A stretch of 32,000 nucleotides of DNA from Candidatus Harpocratesius repetitus. GTDB taxonomy: Archaea; Asgardarchaeota; Lokiarchaeia; Sigyniarchaeales; Promethearchaeaceae. The notes below the pieces were generated by a model. The model did no database searches and was not told the origin of the DNA. It was given only the letters and a program-made list of their open reading frames with translations. How positions within the stretch are numbered: the first letter of the stretch is position 1; the number at the start of each line of letters is the position of its first letter. Shown here piece by piece: positions 26,155 to 32,000 of the stretch. The stretch lies in contig JAIZWK010000001.1 in NCBI GenBank assembly GCA_021498095.1, forward strand, positions 330,001-362,000, given 5' to 3'. Position numbers and translations under genes: made by a program.

Positions 26155-27459
26155 ATGGCAATTTGTTCAAAAAAATGGGGTAATGATTCATATCTTATCG
26201 CTGATGAATCAGACGCTACATTACAAAAAGGAAAAGAAGAAATCGATCTAGCACTTAAAAAAATGCCTGTTGTCAGGCAGTTAATTGATCAATTTGGAAA
26301 AGAAAAACCACTACAAGGCATTAAAATAGCCGCTTGCTTACATGTAACTAAAGAAACGGCTAATTTATGCAGAGTACTTCAAGCAGGTGGAGCTGAAATC
26401 TATTTATGCGGCTCAAACCCTCTTTCTACTCAAGATTTTGTAGCAACAGCTTTAGCTGAAGAAGGAGTTCATGTTTTTGCATGGACTGGAAATACCGACG
26501 AAGAATTTTATGAATGTATTGATGCTTGTCTTAAGCCCCAACCAAATATTATTATAGATGATGGAGCAGATTTAATTGTTACAGCTCATAAGAATTATCC
26601 GGAATATTTTGATGAAAATGGTTGCATAATAGCATGCCAAGAAGAAACTACTACTGGTGTTCATCGATTTGAAGCGATGGATAAAGCTGGTGCATTGAAG
26701 TGTGCACTCTACCCAGTTAATGATGCCTCATGTAAAAACCAGTTTGATAATGAATTAGGCACTGGTCAAGGTATTGTTGCAGCTATTATAGGCATGCATG
26801 TATTATTTGCTGGAAAGACAGTTGTTGTTGCTGGATATGGTCATTGTTCCTCGGGAATGGCACTTCGAGCGCGTGGATTAGGAGCGCGCGTCATTGTTAC
26901 TGAAGTTGATCCCATCCAAGCATTAAAAGCAGCATTTTCAGGATATGAAGTCGGTAAAATGCATGATGTAATTCATAAAGCGGATATGATTTTTACCGCT
27001 ACGGGATGTAAGAACGTTGTAGCAAAAGAACATATCCCAAAATTAAAAGATGGAGTGATATTGGCAAATCTTGGACATTTTGATGTTGAAATTGTCGCTA
27101 AAGATCTGTACGAAGCTGCTGAAGGGCATATTAAAACAATCCGCCCAAATGTGGAAGAACTTGTTTTTCCATCAGGAAAGCGTGCATATCTACTTGCCGC
27201 GGGACGATTGGCAAACTTGGCTCTTGCAGAAGGTCATCCAAGTGAAGTAATGGATATGAGTTTTGGATTACAAGCTATGATGGCAGAGTATATTGCTAAA
27301 AATCGTGATACACTAAAAAATCGAGTTGGATTGTTTAAAGTTCCTGAAGAAATTAATGAAAAAGTCGCTTATGCTAAACTCGCATCGATGGGGATAACAA
27401 TTGATTCATGGACGGAAGAGCAGTACAAATACTGCACAGGATATGAAGAAGGAACATAA
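26155..27459 (+). CDS. ahcY: Adenosylhomocysteinase (SAH/SIH hydrolase family)
   Basis: CGSNPLSTQD, DDGAD, EETTTG, KNQFDN, GHFDVEI, EGHPSEVMDMSF. Confidence 0.96.
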   Translation: MAICSKKWGNDSYLIADESDATLQKGKEEIDLALKKMPVVRQLIDQFGKEKPLQGIKIAACLHVTKETANLCRVLQAGGAEIYLCGSNPLSTQDFVATALAEEGVHVFAWTGNTDEEFYECIDACLKPQPNIIIDDGADLIVTAHKNYPEYFDENGCIIACQEETTTGVHRFEAMDKAGALKCALYPVNDASCKNQFDNELGTGQGIVAAIIGMHVLFAGKTVVVAGYGHCSSGMALRARGLGARVIVTEVDPIQALKAAFSGYEVGKMHDVIHKADMIFTATGCKNVVAKEHIPKLKDGVILANLGHFDVEIVAKDLYEAAEGHIKTIRPNVEELVFPSGKRAYLLAAGRLANLALAEGHPSEVMDMSFGLQAMMAEYIAKNRDTLKNRVGLFKVPEEINEKVAYAKLASMGITIDSWTEEQYKYCTGYEEGT

Positions 27460-27806
27460 AAAATTTATTTAAAGTTTGATTTCCACTATCAAATTTTGAA
27501 AAATCCTTTTTTTTCACATCTTTTTCTTGATTTTACTTACATTTATTTATCCGATTATATATTATTCTTCACGTTTGCTTTTTATTGATATCAATTACTC
27601 ACGGATTGAAATGTGTTGATAAGTTTTGGAAATGATAAAGAAAGTAATCACTTTATTCATACTATATAATTAAGGATAGAAAGTAAGAGAATTTATTACA
27701 GAAAAAGAAAAAAAATAGGGACTAACCCCCTTTTGCGTAAATCTTGATCACTATTAATTACTTAATCATTTTTGTTCTTCCATCTAATAAAGAATGATTA
27801 AAATGA

Positions 27807-29030
27807 TTAGATTCCACTAGGTGAAGTTCCAATCGGTGAAGAAGACACGCAGAACTCTATATTGTAGCGACAGTCTCCGGCATCCCAATAATTCCAATAG
27901 AACCAACCTTGATCAACATAGTTTAGCATATTGCTTTCCCACCAGTTAAATACAGGATATTGGTCATCAGAATCTGGCCATGAATCGTCTTCCCAAGCTT
28001 CTACACGGATTTTTAATGGATGAGTTTTTGGGATTAATACATAAGCCATATTTTTCATCCAGTAAATATATCCTGCACCATTTCTAGAAACTGTTCCATA
28101 GAAGTTGTTTGTGATATATCCTGAACCTCCCCAGCCATCGCCAACGAACCACTTCAAGTACTCTTCACCGCTACCCTTTGGCCAAGGATCATAATCATTT
28201 TCGTAGTAGATTCCTACAATGTTAATTTTAACATAATAACAATCAGCAGGATCCCAATCTGCAGTTTCAACTTCATAAGTATCGGAATCATGGTACAAAT
28301 CGCTCGGAGAAACTCCATACGCAGTGGTCCAATCCCAAGAATCACCATCAGGGTCTAAATCAATACCAAATAAATCCTTATAGGCTGCCCACGCTAGTTC
28401 TGAACAGTAATATCCATCAACACCAGAAAGTCCATTTGTTCCATCAATTTGCTTACTAGTCCAACCCCAATCATAAGCAGGTCCAATTGGATAGCCATCT
28501 ACACCTCCATCCAATTTAGATTTCATCCAATTCACAGCTTGTTGTCTTTGTGCATCTGTTAATCCTGCAACACGGACTGCCACTGCATTTTCTGCGTGAT
28601 CATTTACCCCCTTAGCCCATGTTGAGTATCCAAGACCGTTTCCAGCATTGTCACTTTTTGTAGAATGAATTACATAAGGTGTTCCCGGTGCCATCCACTC
28701 ATGATTATCTCGATCCCATATCCATTCGCCAGATTGAACAAAACCGCAGAAGATTTCTGTATGAGAGAATTCTCCCGGAATTAAGTAATCAAATATAGTA
28801 TCATCTGTTCCTAAAAGAATAATATCTCCAGGAACTAAACCGACGTAGGATAAAGAATTTACCCCATCTCCGGCAAAGGCAGACTTAACAACTTCAGTAC
28901 TTGATGTTTGCCCCATTACAGATTGATCGATTGGATTCCGCTCCACACTTGCTGCGGGATTAATAAACATTGTTATTAATAGAATCCCAAAGCCAATCTT
29001 TAAAATTTTTGAATATTTCATACCCATCAC
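27807..29030 (-). CDS. Secreted permuted NlpC/P60 (YiiX/YebB-like) cysteine hydrolase with an acidic C-terminal beta domain
   Basis: Signal peptide; GDIIL...FSHTEIF...VIHS...YD...YYCSELAWAAY...SPSDL (His before Cys); C-terminal DYDP..G.GE.Y...EAWEDD..D.DD. Confidence 0.8.
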   Translation of the reverse strand: MMGMKYSKILKIGFGILLITMFINPAASVERNPIDQSVMGQTSSTEVVKSAFAGDGVNSLSYVGLVPGDIILLGTDDTIFDYLIPGEFSHTEIFCGFVQSGEWIWDRDNHEWMAPGTPYVIHSTKSDNAGNGLGYSTWAKGVNDHAENAVAVRVAGLTDAQRQQAVNWMKSKLDGGVDGYPIGPAYDWGWTSKQIDGTNGLSGVDGYYCSELAWAAYKDLFGIDLDPDGDSWDWTTAYGVSPSDLYHDSDTYEVETADWDPADCYYVKINIVGIYYENDYDPWPKGSGEEYLKWFVGDGWGGSGYITNNFYGTVSRNGAGYIYWMKNMAYVLIPKTHPLKIRVEAWEDDSWPDSDDQYPVFNWWESNMLNYVDQGWFYWNYWDAGDCRYNIEFCVSSSPIGTSPSGI

Positions 29031-29551
29031 TTTACGATCCCACGCTACAACCCCTAAGCATGGATAATCCTATTTTGATTCCAGTAAAGCAATTTTTCAT
29101 ATTACAAATTGGATTTGGATCAAATAGGATATAATTAAAGTTCACTCTAAAAAGTTAAAAAGCTTCTCTTCTTTCTCGAAACAAAGCCACCACAACTATG
29201 TATTCTACATATGGATTTTCACTGAGCGAATTGAAATTCCTTCATACACCATTTCAACAGATAAAAAATGGTTCTTTTTCTTATAATTATATAAAGAAAT
29301 GAAATATTCACTCATTTTTTTTCCATAATTAATAAAGTTTAAAATGGAAGATATTAAAAAATCATTAGAATTTTAATAAGATTTTAATAGGAATCCACAT
29401 TTCTTTCTTTTAACCCAACTGATCGTATAATACAATCAGCTGTTGATGATTGCGTGATTTTCACCATTTACCAGCGTGAAAAACACCTTTGATGGAAATA
29501 ATCCATCTTTCACCAGATTTGAATATGAAATGAATATAGAGGAATAATATA

Positions 29552-30166
29552 ATGAAATTTCCAACCAAAAATAAAGCCAGCACAGCAGTTCTATGCTTTT
29601 GTTTGGCAGGACTCGCCGCTTATGGCGGTACTCGACGTCGATACGGAAGAGACTTTAAAAAAGAAGATATTCTTGACCAAGGAACTAGATCAGCAATTTA
29701 TGAAACAATACTTAAGAATCCAGGGCTACATTTTCGTAGAATTTGTAGAGCATTAGAAAAAAAAATGGGCGTAGTTCAATATCACGTTTCAGTGCTTGAA
29801 AAGAACGGATTGATTCGGAGCATTCGCGATGGTCGTTATAAATGCTTTTTTGCAGAAGAATCGAACGATACTTTATCGCCTGATGAACGTCCTTCAGATG
29901 AAATGTTAGCCTTACGTGAGTCAATTATTACTTCTTTGCGACGACGAACACCACAGCTCTTGATTTCGTATTTAGCAAAAGAGAATACAGCAAGCCATCA
30001 GATACTTTCAAATATCGCTAATGTATCACCCCAAGCAATTACATTTCACACACAAAAGTTGCAGAAAGAGGGAATTATAGAATCAGAAAAGCAAGGGCGA
30101 CAGAAGTTTTATTCTCTGAGTGAACAAGCAAGAAAAATTACTGAGTCTTTAATAAAAGCTAATTAA
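29552..30166 (+). CDS. Double winged-helix transcriptional regulator (COG3398-like) with a short hydrophobic N-terminal segment
   Basis: RSAIYETILKNPGLHFRRICRAL....GVVQYHVSVLEKNGLIRS..DGRYKCFF; second HTH ITFHTQKLQKEGII....GRQKFY. Confidence 0.8.
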   Translation: MKFPTKNKASTAVLCFCLAGLAAYGGTRRRYGRDFKKEDILDQGTRSAIYETILKNPGLHFRRICRALEKKMGVVQYHVSVLEKNGLIRSIRDGRYKCFFAEESNDTLSPDERPSDEMLALRESIITSLRRRTPQLLISYLAKENTASHQILSNIANVSPQAITFHTQKLQKEGIIESEKQGRQKFYSLSEQARKITESLIKAN

Positions 30167-30197
30167 TGGTTGGGTTAATACATCCATTCTTTTTTTT
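30165..30197 (+). terminator. Weak hairpin plus T8 tract after the regulator
   Basis: AATGG...CCATT followed by T8 at 30190-30197. Confidence 0.4.
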
Positions 30198-31282
30198 CAA
30201 GTAGTTAATTTCAGTTAGTTAGGTGTTGATCAGTCGTATTTTTTTAATAATTATCAACAAATAATTCATATTAATTTATTAAAAGAAAATTCGGCTATTT
30301 TTAATTACGAAGGATCAATTCACTAATACCTCGGTTTGAATTTTTTTCCCCCATTTTTCGTTTGATTGAAATAATCGTTTAATTTCTGAATTATTCCACT
30401 CATTAAAGAGAATTTTTGGGCTAAATCGGTGTGGAACAATGGTATTTCCTAAGATTTCGTGTTAATTTGTGATTGTAATTTATGCCTGAAGTCGCTGTTC
30501 TAAACCCTCAGGTGTTTTAGGACCAGTTTAATGCACGCGAGTCTTAATCCTACTATAAATATTCTCCGCCAGATTATTTGATATAACTTTTGCCACAAAT
30601 AGTCTTGTATTTCCTTAATAATAACTGTAACTGATGAAAGCACATTTTTTGCCAGTTTGAGATTTTTATAAAAAAGACTATTTTTGCATATCCCTGCTTT
30701 TCATTTTCAAAAGCTTTAAAATGGTACACGCTTTGCTTAAAAATTTCAGAATAATTGCCAATAAATTTTTTTTGAATTAAAATTTTGAAATAATTTAAAA
30801 AATAAGGCTTTTCTTAATTGATCCTTCATTCTTAAAAATAGTCGAAAATTCAAAAATGTATAATTTAGTGAATTTTTATTCCATAATTTTAAAAGGAATT
30901 GAGAATTTCGGCGACTTGGTAAGGATTTTGTCGTTGAAGGAAGATCTTTCTTCCTTTATATACAAATTACATCCACCCAACTGATATAAACAATACAAGA
31001 TTCTACAGAAGCGACAATTACGCAAAATAAGATTCAATCTTTTCGAAATAGATTCTTTTTCGTGTATAATTGGTCTTTTTTCAAAAAGGACAGTAAAATA
31101 CAGTAAAAAAAGATATTTAAAAAAGCCGACAGAATCGAAAAAACCTAATCATCACAAAAAATAAAATCAAAATATATCAATATATCAGAAATAAACTTAA
31201 AGAAAAGGTTAGAAATGCAAAATTCACTTTATTTAAAATATATAATAGACTGTAAAGATGAAAAAATCAATTGGTGAGCAAA

Positions 31283-31825
31283 ATGGGTTTATTAGAAGTA
31301 GCAATAATGTTCGAGGAATCAATTTTATCTGAAAAAAAGTTTTATGAATATGAAAAAGCAGTCGTTTTGGATGAAAATATTCGGGATAAAATGTTATCGG
31401 CAGTAGTTGGTTTAGGTAAGAATGCATTTGACGATGAAATTCAAAATTTTGCTTTAAACAATTTTGTAATTATATTTCAAAATACCACTTTTCCTTCTAT
31501 TAAAAACCCAGAGAAGGATTGTGTGATTCGTATTTATGGGATTGTTACCAAAGATACGAATATAAAAATGCTTTCTAGTACATTAGATGATGCTTTATTT
31601 CAATTTGTTAATCGATATTCCCGAATAGACATTGAAAATAAAAATTTAGAGAAATTTACAGATTTCAATGAACGTTTTGAAAAGATTTTTAAAGATTTCA
31701 TTCAATCAAAAAAAGAAAAGAAAGATGCAATAAGAACAGCAGAGAAAATGAAAATGCAGGAACGAGCTCGTGAAAAGCACTTCGATCAGCATCGATATTC
31801 AATGGGTCATAATCGATTTACTTAA
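31283..31825 (+). CDS. Stand-alone longin-like domain protein with a charged C-terminal tail
   Basis: ATG 31283 after GGTGA; LLEVAIM...IRDKMLSAVVGLGKNAFDDEIQNFAL..FVIIF...IYGIV...LDDALFQF...FEKIF fits longin topology. Confidence 0.65.
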   Translation: MGLLEVAIMFEESILSEKKFYEYEKAVVLDENIRDKMLSAVVGLGKNAFDDEIQNFALNNFVIIFQNTTFPSIKNPEKDCVIRIYGIVTKDTNIKMLSSTLDDALFQFVNRYSRIDIENKNLEKFTDFNERFEKIFKDFIQSKKEKKDAIRTAEKMKMQERAREKHFDQHRYSMGHNRFT

Positions 31826-32000
31826 AAAAAAAAAGATGATAGATTTTGATAAATTTTGTTAGATTTCAATAGATTTCAACAGATTTAAACAATCATATCC
31901 TTTTTTTTCTTTACTTTTTCATTCTTATGCTTTATATCATAAAATACACTCAAAGTTGTTCAATTATTAAAATTATAACCGCAATAACTTCTAAAAGAAG

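Noticed and set aside
10052-27627. Exact 14-bp repeat TGTTGATAAGTTTT at 10052-10065 and 27614-27627
   Set aside because: AT-rich, only two copies 17 kb apart; compatible with chance or a generic promoter-like element, and no element boundaries are implied.
30310-30720. Assignment of the remnant to a specific transposase or TnpB family
   Set aside because: Only faint motif echoes; no catalytic residues or ends recognisable.
2476-31427. Short alternative-frame or antisense ORFs in the track (e.g. 2476-2658, 3215-3454, 4263-4460, 4750-5052, 5921-6154, 7565-7792, 8404-8601, 8851-9165, 8981-9187, 10213-10419, 10488-10709, 10929-11144, 11536-11739, 11607-11804, 15105-15323, 15375-15650, 17083-17409, 17214-17516, 18036-18224, 19308-19535, 21187-21438, 21288-21509, 22697-22882, 23455-23709, 24278-24589, 25700-25894, 29712-29924, 31233-31427)
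   Set aside because: They lie within or opposite better-supported genes and have shadow-ORF composition with no motifs.
1-32000. CRISPR array, tRNA or rRNA genes
   Set aside because: All repeats seen are contiguous in-frame units or two-copy repeats without spacers; no cloverleaf or rRNA-like GC-rich tract noticed.

Overview
AT-rich archaeal window whose gene content (roadblock, longin, V4R and PCI-like proteins, a TAT-less reductive dehalogenase, proteasome beta subunit, UPF0179) points to an Asgard archaeon, probably Lokiarchaeia/Promethearchaeia; this assignment is inference from gene content. Layout: (1) 1-3.8 kb: partial GH116 glycosidase and two membrane proteins. (2) About 3.8-10.0 kb: an accessory stretch with more G/C-ending codons, holding an LRR-like ORF, three co-oriented ORFs joined by apparent frameshifts (one at an A10 run), an unannotated 51-aa membrane ORF, and an IS607-type serine recombinase with no tnpB. 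(3) His-tailed FKBP and a reductive dehalogenase whose last 51 bp recur 1.6 kb downstream, bracketing a MazF-type toxin-antitoxin pair and two pseudogene fragments. (4) A four-gene roadblock / V4R / roadblock-like / longin-roadblock operon with no GTPase, converging on two membrane PH-domain genes. (5) UPF0179, psmB, a GIFT/IFT52-like gene, and a large Zn-finger / winged-helix (PCI) / adaptin-appendage-like gene whose frame stays open upstream to an SD-preceded ATA codon. (6) Acyl-CoA dehydrogenase, tandem Lrp, ahcY, a secreted permuted NlpC/P60 protein with a divergent regulator, and a stand-alone longin. I saw no rRNA, tRNA or CRISPR array. All family calls come from motif recognition, not database searches.
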